Source: Burkholderiales bacterium
GTDB lineage: Bacteria; Pseudomonadota; Gammaproteobacteria; Burkholderiales; Burkholderiaceae_C
Length of the DNA: 64,000 nucleotides
Direction: 5' to 3'
Assembly (NCBI GenBank): GCA_038327405.1
Contig: JBBQKZ010000003.1
Coordinates: 102 to 64,101 of the forward strand
A model generated the notes under the pieces. That model made no database searches. It was not told the DNA's origin and saw only the letters and a program-made list of their open reading frames with translations. This document shows positions 1-12,514 of this stretch, piece after piece (position 1 is the first letter of the stretch; every line of letters starts with the position of its first letter). Position numbers and translations under genes: made by a program.

Positions 1-196
1 TGGCCCAGAGCAACGTGGCCAGCACCGCGATGGCGATGGCCACGGGGTTGGCCAGGGGGTTGAAGCCGCTGCGCTGGTAGAGCAGAAAGGCGCCGTGGTA
101 GACCAGCAACGTGAGCGTGAGGCCCAGCAACGGCGTGGCCGCCAGGTAGACCCAGATATCGGCCAGCGCGCCGGGCAATGGCAGGGCCGGGTTCAT
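1..196 (-). CDS. lrgB: LrgB/CidB family membrane protein (5' part; runs off the window edge)
   Basis: Manual translation from ATG at 196: MNPALPLPGALADIWVYLAATPLLGLTLTLLVYHGAFLLYQRSGFNPLANPVAIAIAVL. The NP(L/V)xxAI pattern is LrgB-like; the start overlaps the cidA stop (ATGA). Confidence 0.85.
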   Translation of the reverse strand, partial: MNPALPLPGALADIWVYLAATPLLGLTLTLLVYHGAFLLYQRSGFNPLANPVAIAIAVLATLLWA

Positions 197-537
197 GACC
201 GCGTGTGTTTCATCAACCACGCCATGGTGAGCGCGGCACTGGCCAGCCCCACCAGCGTGCTCAACACCAGCGCCACCCCGATGGCCAGGGCTTCATCGCC
301 CAGGCGCTGCAGGTGCAGCATGACGCCCACACCCGCCGGCACGAAGAGCAGCGAAAGGTGTTGCAGAAGGGTCTGCGCGGTGGGCTTGATGGCGCCCAGC
401 ACCGAAGGCCGCAACACCAGCGTGAACAGCAGCAAGGCCAGCCCGACCACCGGGCCGGGCATCGGCGCCCCGGTGGCGAGCACAAGCGCCTCGCCCAACA
501 ACTGGAACACGAGCAATGTGGCCAGTGCGGGGATCAT
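193..537 (-). CDS. cidA: CidA/LrgA family holin-like membrane protein
   Basis: 114 aa hydrophobic protein with GE..PGPVVG and LxLLFVPAGVG motifs; directly upstream of lrgB. Confidence 0.9.
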   Translation of the reverse strand: MIPALATLLVFQLLGEALVLATGAPMPGPVVGLALLLFTLVLRPSVLGAIKPTAQTLLQHLSLLFVPAGVGVMLHLQRLGDEALAIGVALVLSTLVGLASAALTMAWLMKHTRS

Positions 538-550
538 GGCGCGGGGCGTT

Positions 551-1789
551 TCAGGTGGAGAGCGCGTCGTCCAGCACTTCCACCCAATGGCTAACCGGTG
601 TGGTGGTGCCGCTCTGAAGGTGGGTGATGCAGCCGATGTTGGCGCTGGTGATCACGCTGGGTTGTAGTTCACCCAGGTGGCCGAGCTTGCGGTCGCGCAG
701 CGCGTAGGCGAGCTCCGGGTTGAGCACCGAGTAGGTTCCGGCGGAGCCGCAACACAGGTGCGCCTCGGTCTTGGCCACCTGCACGGTGAAGCCAAGCGCG
801 GCCAGGTGATGCTCCACACCGCCCTTGAGTTGTTGCCCGTGCTGCAGGGTGCAGGGCGGGTGGAAGGCAATCACGCGGGCCGCGTCGGGCTTCTGTTTCA
901 ACAAGGGTCGCAGCACAGGCACGAGCGCAGGCAGCAGCTCGCTCAGGTCGCGCGTGAGCTCGCTGATGCGGGCGGCCTTGGTGGCGTAGGCCGGGTCGTC
1001 GTGCAGGATGTGGCCGTATTCCTTCACCGTCACACCGCAGCCCGAGGCGTTCATCACGATGGCTTCCACCGCGTCCGGGCCTTCGATCAGCGGCCACCAT
1101 GCGTCGATGTTGGCGCGCATCTGCGTCATGCCGCCGTTTTGGTCGTTGAGGTGGAACTTCACCGCGCCGCAGCAGCCCGCAGCGGGCGCCAACACACCCT
1201 GGATGCCGGCGGCGTCGAGCACACGCGCCGTGGCGGCGTGGATGCTCGGCATCATGGCCGGCTGCACGCAGCCCGCGAGCAGCAACACGCGGCGGGCGTG
1301 TGTGCGCGTGGGCAAACGGCCAGCGGCGCGGGGTGCCGGCACCTTGTTCTGCAGCGAGGCTGGCAGCAGCGGGCGCACCAGTTGACCCAGCTTCATGGCC
1401 GGGCCGAACAGCGGAGAAGGCAGGCCTTCCTTGAGCAGCCAGCGCACGGCCTGTTCAGCCGCCGGGCGTGGCACTTTTTCATCCACCAGCTTGCGTCCGA
1501 TGTCGATCAGATGGCCATAGTCCACGCCACTGGGGCAGGTGGTTTCGCAGTTGCGGCACGTGAGGCACCGGTCCAGGTGCATCTGCGTCTTGCGCGTGGG
1601 CTCGGCGCCTTCGAGCACCTGCTTCATCAGATAAATACGCCCGCGCGGACCGTCGAGCTCGTCGCCGAGCAACTGGTAGGTTGGGCAGGTGGCGGTGCAG
1701 AAACCGCAGTGCACGCATTTGCGCAGGATGGCTTCGGCTGCGCGGCCGTCGGCGCGGGCCTGGTATTCGGGAGAGAGCTGGGTTTGCAT
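551..1789 (-). CDS. glcF: Glycolate oxidase iron-sulfur subunit
   Basis: Two 4Fe-4S motifs (CVHCGFCTATCP, CLTCRNCETTCP) plus CCG-domain motifs (CCGA, CCGSAG); follows glcE. Confidence 0.95.
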   Translation of the reverse strand: MQTQLSPEYQARADGRAAEAILRKCVHCGFCTATCPTYQLLGDELDGPRGRIYLMKQVLEGAEPTRKTQMHLDRCLTCRNCETTCPSGVDYGHLIDIGRKLVDEKVPRPAAEQAVRWLLKEGLPSPLFGPAMKLGQLVRPLLPASLQNKVPAPRAAGRLPTRTHARRVLLLAGCVQPAMMPSIHAATARVLDAAGIQGVLAPAAGCCGAVKFHLNDQNGGMTQMRANIDAWWPLIEGPDAVEAIVMNASGCGVTVKEYGHILHDDPAYATKAARISELTRDLSELLPALVPVLRPLLKQKPDAARVIAFHPPCTLQHGQQLKGGVEHHLAALGFTVQVAKTEAHLCCGSAGTYSVLNPELAYALRDRKLGHLGELQPSVITSANIGCITHLQSGTTTPVSHWVEVLDDALST

Positions 1790-1795
1790 GTGAGG

Positions 1796-2920
1796 TCAGA
1801 ACATTCGGCCGGGATTGAAGATGCCGGCGGGATCGAAGGATTCGAGCAGGCGGGCCTGGATGCTTTGCAGCGCAGCGCCTTGGCTATGGAAACGCGGCAC
1901 ACCCGGCGCGCCATTGGCACCGGCGCGAAACAGCGTGGCGTGTCCGTTCACCGCGCTGGCGGCCGCGCGCAGCTCGGCAGCCGCCGAGGCCGGCGCCCAC
2001 AACCATCGCTGCGCACCCTGCCACTCCACCAACTGCGCGTAGGGCAACGTGAGCACCGGCGCGGTCTGCGGCACCGACAGGCGCCACAGGCACATCTCCG
2101 GCGAGGAAGCGGTGAAGAACGGCAGACGCTGGTCGCGACAGGCGTCCCAGTCGGGGCCCGCCTGCGCGTTGTCCATGCGCGCACCAAAGGCCTCGCGCGC
2201 CATGCGTTCACAGGCGGCGTCCACCGCAGCCACCGCGCCACGCAGGCGCACGAACAGCAAGTCCGGCGCACCGTCTTGCGAGTCGTCCTTCACCCAGCAA
2301 CTGGCGTTGATGGGCAGCGGCTGGCCGCCCCAGCGGTGCAGTTGCTCCAGCGCGTCGTGCTGCCCGAGGGAGAAGACCAGGGTGGCCTCGGCCAGGGCCA
2401 ACGGCAACACCTTGAGGCTCACCTCGCTGATCACGCCCAGCGTGCCCATCGATCCCGCCATCACGCGGCTGACGTCGTAGCCCGCCACGTTCTTCATCAC
2501 CTGGCCTCCGAACGTCAGCAGTTCACCGCGCCCGTTGATGAAGCGTGCACCCAGCACGTAGTCGCGCACCGAACCGGCGCTGGCCCGCGCCGGACCCGCC
2601 AACCCGGCGGCCACCATGCCGCCCACGGTGCCAGCTGTGCCGAAGCGCGGGGGTTCAAACGGGAGACACTGGCCCTGCCCGGCCAACAGCGCCTCCACCT
2701 CGGCCAGCGGTGTGCCGGCGCGCACGGTGATCACGAGCTCGGTGGGTTCGTAGCTGACGATACCGGACCAGTCGGCGGTGGAGAGTTCAGCGCCCTGTGT
2801 CGGCGCGCCATAAAACGATTTGGTATTGCCGCCGACGATGTGCAGTGGCCTGCCTTCGGCACTGGCTTGCAGGATCTGGTCGATCAGGTGGCTCGGATTT
2901 TCGGTGGTGCTGGCTTGCAT
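1796..2920 (-). CDS. glcE: Glycolate oxidase FAD-binding subunit
   Basis: FAD-linked oxidase motifs (YEPTELVITVRAGT, GGQVMKNVAGYD, FDPAGIFNPGRM); start placed at ATG 2920 (MQASTTEN). Confidence 0.93.
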   Translation of the reverse strand: MQASTTENPSHLIDQILQASAEGRPLHIVGGNTKSFYGAPTQGAELSTADWSGIVSYEPTELVITVRAGTPLAEVEALLAGQGQCLPFEPPRFGTAGTVGGMVAAGLAGPARASAGSVRDYVLGARFINGRGELLTFGGQVMKNVAGYDVSRVMAGSMGTLGVISEVSLKVLPLALAEATLVFSLGQHDALEQLHRWGGQPLPINASCWVKDDSQDGAPDLLFVRLRGAVAAVDAACERMAREAFGARMDNAQAGPDWDACRDQRLPFFTASSPEMCLWRLSVPQTAPVLTLPYAQLVEWQGAQRWLWAPASAAAELRAAASAVNGHATLFRAGANGAPGVPRFHSQGAALQSIQARLLESFDPAGIFNPGRMF

Positions 2921-2992
2921 CCGATCGATGGTAGTCGCCGGGGCCGTGACGCACTTTGATTTTTTTGCACGGCGGGCTGCAAACAAGCAGGC

Positions 2993-3217
2993 TTATCTTG
3001 TGTACCCAAGACACATGCCCGCGTTCGCCCGGCCCTTGCATTCGCGCTTGAGTCGCTTCTCCCGCGCTGCGGGACTCTCTTCAGACGGGGCTTTGTGAAA
3101 CTTCACCGACGTGGGTTTGCGCGGAGCATCAAGCCTGGCCGGCTCGGCCGCGTGTGCGCACAGCGCGAAGACGGCGCACAAGGCCATGGTGGTGCGGGAC
3201 AAAGGTGCGTGGGTCAT
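2993..3217 (-). CDS. Small exported hypothetical protein (74 aa) with two C-terminal Cys
   Basis: Signal-peptide-like N-terminus (ALCAVFALCAHA), RECKGRANAGMCLGY C-terminus, GGAGG RBS-like sequence upstream. Confidence 0.7.
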   Translation of the reverse strand: MTHAPLSRTTMALCAVFALCAHAAEPARLDAPRKPTSVKFHKAPSEESPAAREKRLKRECKGRANAGMCLGYTR

Positions 3218-3276
3218 GGGTTCCTCCGGTTGACTGCGTTGACGACACAGTAACTATAAAGAACTCAACCAACGCA

Positions 3277-3310
3277 AAAAAACCCGCGTGCCGGGCGGCA
3301 ACGCGGGTTC
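3277..3310 (-). terminator. Rho-independent terminator after amtB
   Basis: Hairpin AACCCGCGT..ACGCGGGTT followed by a T-run on the minus strand (AAAAAA on plus). Confidence 0.7.
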
Positions 3311-3395
3311 AGCTTGTGCAGGAGACTCTCGACAACTGCGCGGTGGGGACCTTCCTGGAGGGACGGACCGCACCGCGCGGGGAGACCTGCGGGGC

Positions 3396-4838
3396 TCAGC
3401 GGTTGTAGGCCGTCTCGCCGTGGGCGGTGATGTCCAGACCTTCGCGTTCGGCTTCTTCCGAAACGCGCAGACCCAGCATCATGTCGACAATCTTGTAGCA
3501 GACAAAGGCCACCACACCCGACCACACCATGGTGATCAGCACGCCTTCGGCCTGCACGACCATCTGGCTGGCGATGGAGTAGTCGTCGCCCTTGATGCCA
3601 CCCAGCGAGCCGGCCGAGAACACACCAGTGAGGAGTGCGCCCACGATGCCGCCCACGCCGTGCACACCGAACACGTCCAGCGAGTCGTCCGCACCCAGCA
3701 TCTTCTTGAGACCGGACACGCCCCAGAGGCACAGGAAGCCGGCGACCAGGCCAATGATGATGCCGCCCATGGGGCCCACCGAGCCGCAGGCCGGGGTGAT
3801 GGCAACCAGGCCAGCCACGGCACCGGACGCAGCGCCCAGCATCGAGGCCTTGCCTTTGGACAGCGCTTCACCGACACACCAGGCCAGCACCGCCGCAGCC
3901 GTAGCCAGCAGGGTGTTGATGAAGGCCAGACCGGCGCCGCCGTTGGCTTCCAGGTTGGAGCCGGCGTTGAAACCGAACCAGCCCACCCACAGCAGCGAGG
4001 CACCGACCATCGTCAGCGTCAGGCTGTGAGGCGCCATCGATTCCTTGCCGTAGCCGATGCGCTTGCCCAGCATATAGGCACCGACCAGCCCGGCCATGGC
4101 CGCGTTGATGTGCACCACGGTGCCGCCGGCGAAGTCCAGCGCGCCCTTGTCGAACAAGTAACCACCGGCGCCCCAGACCATGTGGGCGATCGGGATGTAG
4201 CTGAAGGTGAACCACAGGGCACAGAACAGCAGCACGGCGCTGAACTTCATGCGCTCGGCGAACGAGCCCACGATCAGCGCGCAGGTGATGCCGGCGAACG
4301 TGGCCTGGAAGGCAACGAAGATCAGCTCGGGAATCATCACACCGGGGGTAAAGGTGGCGGCCAGCGTGGCGGGCGTGATGCCCATCAGGAACACCTTGTC
4401 GAGGTTGGCGACGATCAGGCCTTCACCACCGAACGCCAGGCTGTAGCCGTACACGGCCCACAACACGACGATGAGCGAGAACACCACCATCACCTGCATC
4501 AGCACCGACAGCATGTTCTTGCTGCGGACCAGGCCGCCGTAGAACAGGGCCAGGCCGGGCACGACCATGAGCACCACGAGGATGGTGGAGACCATCATCC
4601 AGGCCACGTCGCCCTTGTCCATGGTTTCCTTGACCGCTTCTTCAGCGGGCGCTGCTTCGGCCGGGGCGGCCATGGCAGCAGCCGGTGCTTCCATCACAGC
4701 GGGTGCGGCCGCAGGTGCATCGGCAGCCGGTGCGGCGGCGGCAGCAGGAGGCGCTTCGGTTGTGGTCTGCGCAGTGGCGCTCAGGCCTGCAAAGGCCAGG
4801 CCGGCGCCCAGCAGCAGGGTTGCAATGAGTTTTTTCAT
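3396..4838 (-). CDS. amtB: Ammonium transporter
   Basis: Signal peptide and Ala/Pro linker, then GLALFYGGLVR, DFAGGTVVH, WFGFNAGS, DDSLDVFGVHG motifs; downstream of glnK. Confidence 0.97.
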   Translation of the reverse strand: MKKLIATLLLGAGLAFAGLSATAQTTTEAPPAAAAAPAADAPAAAPAVMEAPAAAMAAPAEAAPAEEAVKETMDKGDVAWMMVSTILVVLMVVPGLALFYGGLVRSKNMLSVLMQVMVVFSLIVVLWAVYGYSLAFGGEGLIVANLDKVFLMGITPATLAATFTPGVMIPELIFVAFQATFAGITCALIVGSFAERMKFSAVLLFCALWFTFSYIPIAHMVWGAGGYLFDKGALDFAGGTVVHINAAMAGLVGAYMLGKRIGYGKESMAPHSLTLTMVGASLLWVGWFGFNAGSNLEANGGAGLAFINTLLATAAAVLAWCVGEALSKGKASMLGAASGAVAGLVAITPACGSVGPMGGIIIGLVAGFLCLWGVSGLKKMLGADDSLDVFGVHGVGGIVGALLTGVFSAGSLGGIKGDDYSIASQMVVQAEGVLITMVWSGVVAFVCYKIVDMMLGLRVSEEAEREGLDITAHGETAYNR

Positions 4839-4869
4839 GTTCGTGATCTTTCTTGTTCAGTGGCGATGA

Positions 4870-5349
<480 letters not shown>

Positions 5350-5361
5350 TTACAAGGCGTA

Positions 5362-5377
5362 GCATGGAATATGCCAA
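5362..5377 (-). promoter_or_regulatory. Sigma54 (-24/-12) promoter of glnK-amtB
   Basis: Minus strand reads TTGGCATATTCCATGC (GG-N10-GC), about 155 bp upstream of glnK. Confidence 0.75.
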
Positions 5378-5520
5378 CCCGGCATATCCCTACCCTGTGG
5401 GGTTCAAGCTTCCGACGGCCGCTACAGTGCTCGCGGGGCGGCAAAAGGGCCTGGCAGGCGCCCGGTCCGGCGCAAACCGCACCGTCAGCACGCGCCCAGG
5501 TCGGCCCATCGCTGCGATAA

Positions 5521-5537
5521 CGCACCAAAGGCGTGCG
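5521..5537. promoter_or_regulatory. Candidate NtrC upstream activator site
   Basis: CGCACCAAAGGCGTGCG resembles TGCACCA-N3-TGGTGCA; about 150 bp upstream of the glnK sigma54 promoter. Confidence 0.45.
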
Positions 5538-5607
5538 AAACGACGGGCAATCTGGGATCTCACCCCCGAAACCATCGGGAATGCACCGAAACAGGGAGTC
5601 CATCACC

Positions 5608-7158
5608 ATGAGTCTGTCATTGGTGCGCAGCCGCGCCTTGCTCGGTCTGGACGCCCGGCCCGTGCAGGTGGAGGTCCACCTGGCCAACGGTTTGCCCAGC
5701 TTCACCCTGGTGGGCCTGGCCGATACCGAGGTGAAGGAAGCGCGCGAACGTGTGCGCTCGGCCATCGCCAACGCAGGGCTGGAGTTCCCGTCCAACAAAC
5801 GCATCACCGTGAACCTGGCGCCGGCCGACCTGCCCAAGGATTCCGGCCGGTTCGACCTGCCGATCGCGCTGGGCATCCTGGCCGCCAGCGGGCAGATCAG
5901 CGCCGCGCGTCTGGCCGACTGGGAATTCGCTGGTGAACTCTCTCTCGGCGGCGAACTGCGCCCGGTACGCGGCGCGCTGGCCATGAGCCTGGCGCTGCAC
6001 CGGGACGCCGGCCCGGAAACGGCCAACGCCCGGCTCGTGCTGCCGCCGGGCAGCGCCGAAGAAGCGGCGCTGGTGCCCCAGGCCAGGGTCTACCGGGCGC
6101 GCCATTTGCTGGATGTGATTGCCCGCTTTCTCCCCGAAACCGCTGCGGCGGCCGAGCCGCCCGACGATGGTGGCTGGGCGCGACTGACGGCCCACACCAT
6201 CGGCCACACCCCGCCGCAGGCCGATCTGGCCGACGTGAAAGGCCAGGGCGCGTCCCGCCGAGCCCTGGAGATTGCCGCCGCCGGAGGACACAGTGTGCTG
6301 CTGGCCGGGCCGCCCGGGTCCGGCAAGTCCATGCTGGCCCACCGTTTTGCCGGCTTGTTGCCACCCATGAGCACGCTGGAGGCGCTGGAATCCGCAGCCG
6401 TGGCATCGCTGGCCGGTCGCTTCGAGCTGGAGCGCTGGGGTCAGCGTCCCACCTGTGCGCCCCACCACAGCGCCAGCGCCGTGGCGCTGGTGGGTGGCGG
6501 CTCCCCGCCGAGACCGGGCGAGATTTCTCTCGCCCACCACGGTGTGCTGTTTCTGGACGAACTGCCCGAATTCCCCCGTGCCGCGCTCGAAGCCCTGCGC
6601 GAGCCGTTGGAGAGCGGCCATATCCGCATCTCGCGTGCCGCGATGCAAACGGAGTTTCCAGCGCGCTTTCAATTGGTGGCGGCCATGAACCCCTGCCCCT
6701 GCGGATTCCTCGGCCACCCCACCCGGGGCTGCCGCTGCACGCCCGACCAGGTGGCACGCTACCAGGGCAAGCTCAGCGGCCCGCTGCTCGACCGCATCGA
6801 TCTGCATGTGGAGGTGCTCGCCCTGGCACCCGAGAGCCTGCTCAACCAGCAGGCGGGCGAAGCCAGCGCCAGCGTGCGCGAACGGGTGGTGGCCGCCCGG
6901 AACCGGGCCCTGGCACGGCAAGGCGCCGCGAACCAGTCGCTGGCGGGCAAGGCGCTCGACGAACACGTCCGGGCCGAGGCGACCGCACTCAAGTTCCTGC
7001 ACACGGCCGCCGCCCGCCTGGCCTGGAGCGCGCGCGGCACCCACCGCGCGCTGCGTGTGGCCCGCACCATTGCCGACCTGGCCGCCAGCGACACCGTGGG
7101 CGTGGCCCACATCGCCGAGGCGGTGCAGTACCGGCGGGTGCTGAACAGCGGCGCTTGA
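5608..7158 (+). CDS. YifB/ComM family Mg-chelatase-like AAA+ ATPase
   Basis: VEVHLANGLPSFTLVGL N-terminus, NLAPADLPK, Walker A GPPGSGKS, GVLFLDELPEF, CPCG; start at ATG 5608. Confidence 0.93.
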   Translation: MSLSLVRSRALLGLDARPVQVEVHLANGLPSFTLVGLADTEVKEARERVRSAIANAGLEFPSNKRITVNLAPADLPKDSGRFDLPIALGILAASGQISAARLADWEFAGELSLGGELRPVRGALAMSLALHRDAGPETANARLVLPPGSAEEAALVPQARVYRARHLLDVIARFLPETAAAAEPPDDGGWARLTAHTIGHTPPQADLADVKGQGASRRALEIAAAGGHSVLLAGPPGSGKSMLAHRFAGLLPPMSTLEALESAAVASLAGRFELERWGQRPTCAPHHSASAVALVGGGSPPRPGEISLAHHGVLFLDELPEFPRAALEALREPLESGHIRISRAAMQTEFPARFQLVAAMNPCPCGFLGHPTRGCRCTPDQVARYQGKLSGPLLDRIDLHVEVLALAPESLLNQQAGEASASVRERVVAARNRALARQGAANQSLAGKALDEHVRAEATALKFLHTAAARLAWSARGTHRALRVARTIADLAASDTVGVAHIAEAVQYRRVLNSGA

Positions 7159-7257
7159 GCGGGCGGTCCGGCGCGAGAGATGCCCTTGGCCGGGTGTGCC
7201 GCGAGGCAACTGGTAAGGTTTGCGCCCGTTCGCCCCATTTCCAAGCAGGAGACCCGC

Positions 7258-8697
7258 ATGAGCTACCCCCACACCCAACTCTTCATCCACGGCCAATGGC
7301 GCGACGCCGCCGCTGGCGAGACTCTGGCCGTGTTCAACCCCGCCACCGGCAAGGAAATCGGCCGCGTGGCGCACGCCCGCCAGGCCGACCTGGACCTGGC
7401 CCTGGACGCCGCCCAAAAAGGCTTTGAAATCTGGCGCGACAAGCCGCCCATCGAGCGGGCCAAGGTCATGCGCGCTGCGGCGGCCCTGATGCGCGAACGC
7501 GCTGGCGCCATTGCCGCGCTGCTCACACAAGAACAAGGCAAGCCGCTGGCCGAGGCCAAGGGTGAAGCCATGGCCGCCGCCGACATCATCGAATGGTTTG
7601 CCGACGAAGGCCTGCGCGTGTACGGCCGCATCGTGCCCTCACGCGGCAACCTCGCCATGCGCCAGATGGTGCTCAAGGACCCCGTCGGCCCGGTGGCGGC
7701 GTTCACACCCTGGAACTTTCCCATCAACCAGGTGGTGCGCAAGCTCGCCGCAGCCCTGGCCACCGGCTGCTCCATGATCGTGAAGGCGCCGGAAGAGACC
7801 CCGGCCGCACCCGCCGAGCTGGTGCGCGCCTTTGCCGACGCTGGCCTGCCTCCCGGCGTGCTCGGCCTCGTCTACGGCACGCCGTCGGAGATTTCCACCT
7901 ACCTGATCGCCCACCCCGTCATCCGCAAGATCACCTTCACCGGCTCCACGCCGGTGGGCAAGCAGCTCGCGGCCATGGCTGGGCAACACATGAAACGCGT
8001 GACCATGGAGCTGGGCGGCCACGCGCCGGTGATCGTGTGTGAAGACGCCGACGTGGCCCTGGCCGTGAAAACCGCCGGCGGTGCCAAGTTCCGCAACGCC
8101 GGCCAGGTCTGCATCTCGCCCACACGTTTTCTGGTGCACGAGAGCATTGCGAAGGAGTTCTCGGCCGCGCTGGTGAAGCACGCCGCGGGTCTGGCCGTGG
8201 GCGACGGCACGGCCGAGGGCACACAGATGGGCCCGCTGGCCAACCCCCGCCGCGTGACGGCCATGGCCGAATTCACCCAAGACGCGGTGGAACGCGGCGC
8301 CACGCTGGCCACCGGCGGCGAGCGCATCGGCGAGGCGGGCAACTTCTGGCAGCCCACCATCCTCACCGACGTGCCGCTGGACGCGCGCGTGTTCAACGAC
8401 GAGCCCTTCGGCCCCATGGCAGCGGTGCGCAGCTTCAAGACGCTGGAAGAAGCGATCGCAGAAGCCAACCGCCTGCCGTTCGGCCTCGCCGGCTATGCCT
8501 TCACGCGCTCATTGAAAAACGCGGACCTGCTGGCGCGCCGCGTGGAGGTGGGCATGCTGTGGGTCAACATGCCCGCCATGCCCTCGGCCGAAATGCCGTT
8601 CGGCGGCATCAAGGATTCGGGCTACGGCACCGAGGGCGGACCGGAGGCGATGGACGCCTACCTGAACGCGCGGTCCATCTCGATCATGAACGTCTGA
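7258..8697 (+). CDS. NAD(P)-dependent succinate-semialdehyde dehydrogenase-like aldehyde dehydrogenase
   Basis: [26 protein letters not shown] (catalytic Cys), [14 protein letters not shown]; ATG 7258 after an AGGAG RBS. Confidence 0.92.
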   Translation: MSYPHTQLFIHGQWRDAAAGETLAVFNPATGKEIGRVAHARQADLDLALDAAQKGFEIWRDKPPIERAKVMRAAAALMRERAGAIAALLTQEQGKPLAEAKGEAMAAADIIEWFADEGLRVYGRIVPSRGNLAMRQMVLKDPVGPVAAFTPWNFPINQVVRKLAAALATGCSMIVKAPEETPAAPAELVRAFADAGLPPGVLGLVYGTPSEISTYLIAHPVIRKITFTGSTPVGKQLAAMAGQHMKRVTMELGGHAPVIVCEDADVALAVKTAGGAKFRNAGQVCISPTRFLVHESIAKEFSAALVKHAAGLAVGDGTAEGTQMGPLANPRRVTAMAEFTQDAVERGATLATGGERIGEAGNFWQPTILTDVPLDARVFNDEPFGPMAAVRSFKTLEEAIAEANRLPFGLAGYAFTRSLKNADLLARRVEVGMLWVNMPAMPSAEMPFGGIKDSGYGTEGGPEAMDAYLNARSISIMNV

Positions 8698-8725
8698 ATC
8701 GGAGCCGAGTTCGGTTCGCTGTTCA

Positions 8726-8790
8726 CCGTTCGCACTGAGCCTGTCGAAGTGCTTGCGCTCGCTGGGCTTCGACAGGCTCAGCCCGAACGG
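8726..8790. repeat. REP-like palindrome family A (CTGAGCYTGTCGAAG / CTTCGACARGCTCAG), inverted pair
   Basis: CCGTTCGCACTGAGCCTGTCGAAG...CTTCGACAGGCTCAGCCCGAACGG between convergent genes; recurs elsewhere in the window. Confidence 0.85.
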
Positions 8791-8818
8791 CTCTGTCGCG
8801 TGATGTCGCAGGCAGGCA

Positions 8819-9220
8819 TCAGCCCTTGTTGGGGCCCAGCTTGTTCGTGAATGCCACCACGAGCGCAGTCATCAAGAAGAACGCCTGCAACTCCAGGCGC
8901 CAGCCGCCGGTGTTGGTGATGTCCATGAAGTGGCTCGAATGCGCGAGCACCAAGGCGAACACCATGTTGATCGCGATCACCAGCGCCGCGGGGACCACCC
9001 ACAGGCCCACGAGCAGGAACAGCGGAGCGATCAGCTCGCCCAGGTACACGCCGTAGGCCAGCGCGCCGGGCAGCCCGTTGGCCACCAGCATGCCTTCGAT
9101 GCCGCCCACACCCCCCGTCACCTTGGCCCATCCGTGAAAGATCATGAGGATGGCGAGCGTCCAGCGCAGCAGGATCACGCCCAGGCGGGGTTGGTTGAAG
9201 AGGTTGTTGAGTGCGTTCAT
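8819..9220 (-). CDS. DoxX family membrane protein
   Basis: 133 aa with 4 hydrophobic segments, LLRWTLAILMIFHGWAK, GELIAPL, GGWRLELQAF. Confidence 0.88.
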   Translation of the reverse strand: MNALNNLFNQPRLGVILLRWTLAILMIFHGWAKVTGGVGGIEGMLVANGLPGALAYGVYLGELIAPLFLLVGLWVVPAALVIAINMVFALVLAHSSHFMDITNTGGWRLELQAFFLMTALVVAFTNKLGPNKG

Positions 9221-9298
9221 GTGCTTGAGTTGTTGAAGGAAAGGGAAGAGTGATCAGCAAGACCCTGGTCGGTTCCTCTCGGCGCTGAAAAATGGGGC

Positions 9299-12064
<2,766 letters not shown>

Positions 12065-12099
12065 GGGGCTCACCAAGGCAGTTTTGCAGACAACAGACT

Positions 12100-12191
12100 G
12101 GTGAGCGCCGTTTTGGGCCTGTTCGTGCCCACTCAAGCCTGACGCACACGCGAACCCAGTGGGCCGGTGGCGCTGCAGCGCTCCTTGAGAG
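12100..12191 (-). ncRNA. SAH (S-adenosylhomocysteine) riboswitch
   Basis: Minus strand: CTCAAGGAGCGCTGCAGCG...CGTCAGGCTTGAG...CAAAACGGCGCTCACC. P1 (CTCAAG/CTTGAG) and pseudoknot (GAGCGC/GCGCTC) elements match the SAH riboswitch consensus; directly upstream of metH. Confidence 0.8.
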
Positions 12192-12514
12192 ACCACAATT
12201 TTAGCTGTTGATGCTGCCCAAGCTTGACATGGCCTTAGCGGGTGGCCCGATGCTGTTCCCTCAGGGTTCTGTTGAGAGCCGTGGTCACGTAGCAGTTGCT
12301 GCGTCCCACCTGCTGTTTGCCGAGGCCCCCATTTGTATAAAAAATTGAATTTTCTATACATGTTGAACGCCACGTGTGTAGAAAACCAAGCCTTTTCATC
12401 GCAGTGAAGGCGGGCAGCGTCGGTTTGGCGCTCATGTGAGCTTGATCACAGGAAGCCGCCAGCCCCCGGTGAATACTCCGGGCCTCATCATCCCGCAACA
12501 CAACGAGAAAACCC

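Noticed and set aside
4660-4770. Ala/Pro-rich low-complexity repeats in amtB
   Set aside because: An ordinary periplasmic linker after the signal peptide, not a DNA repeat element.
12200-12500. AT-rich stretch and short ORFs upstream of metH and the MBL gene as an IS or integrase remnant
   Set aside because: No terminal inverted repeats, target duplications or recognisable transposase peptide; more likely a divergent promoter region. TTGGCGCTCATGTGAGC has GG-N11-GC spacing, so it is not a sigma54 promoter.
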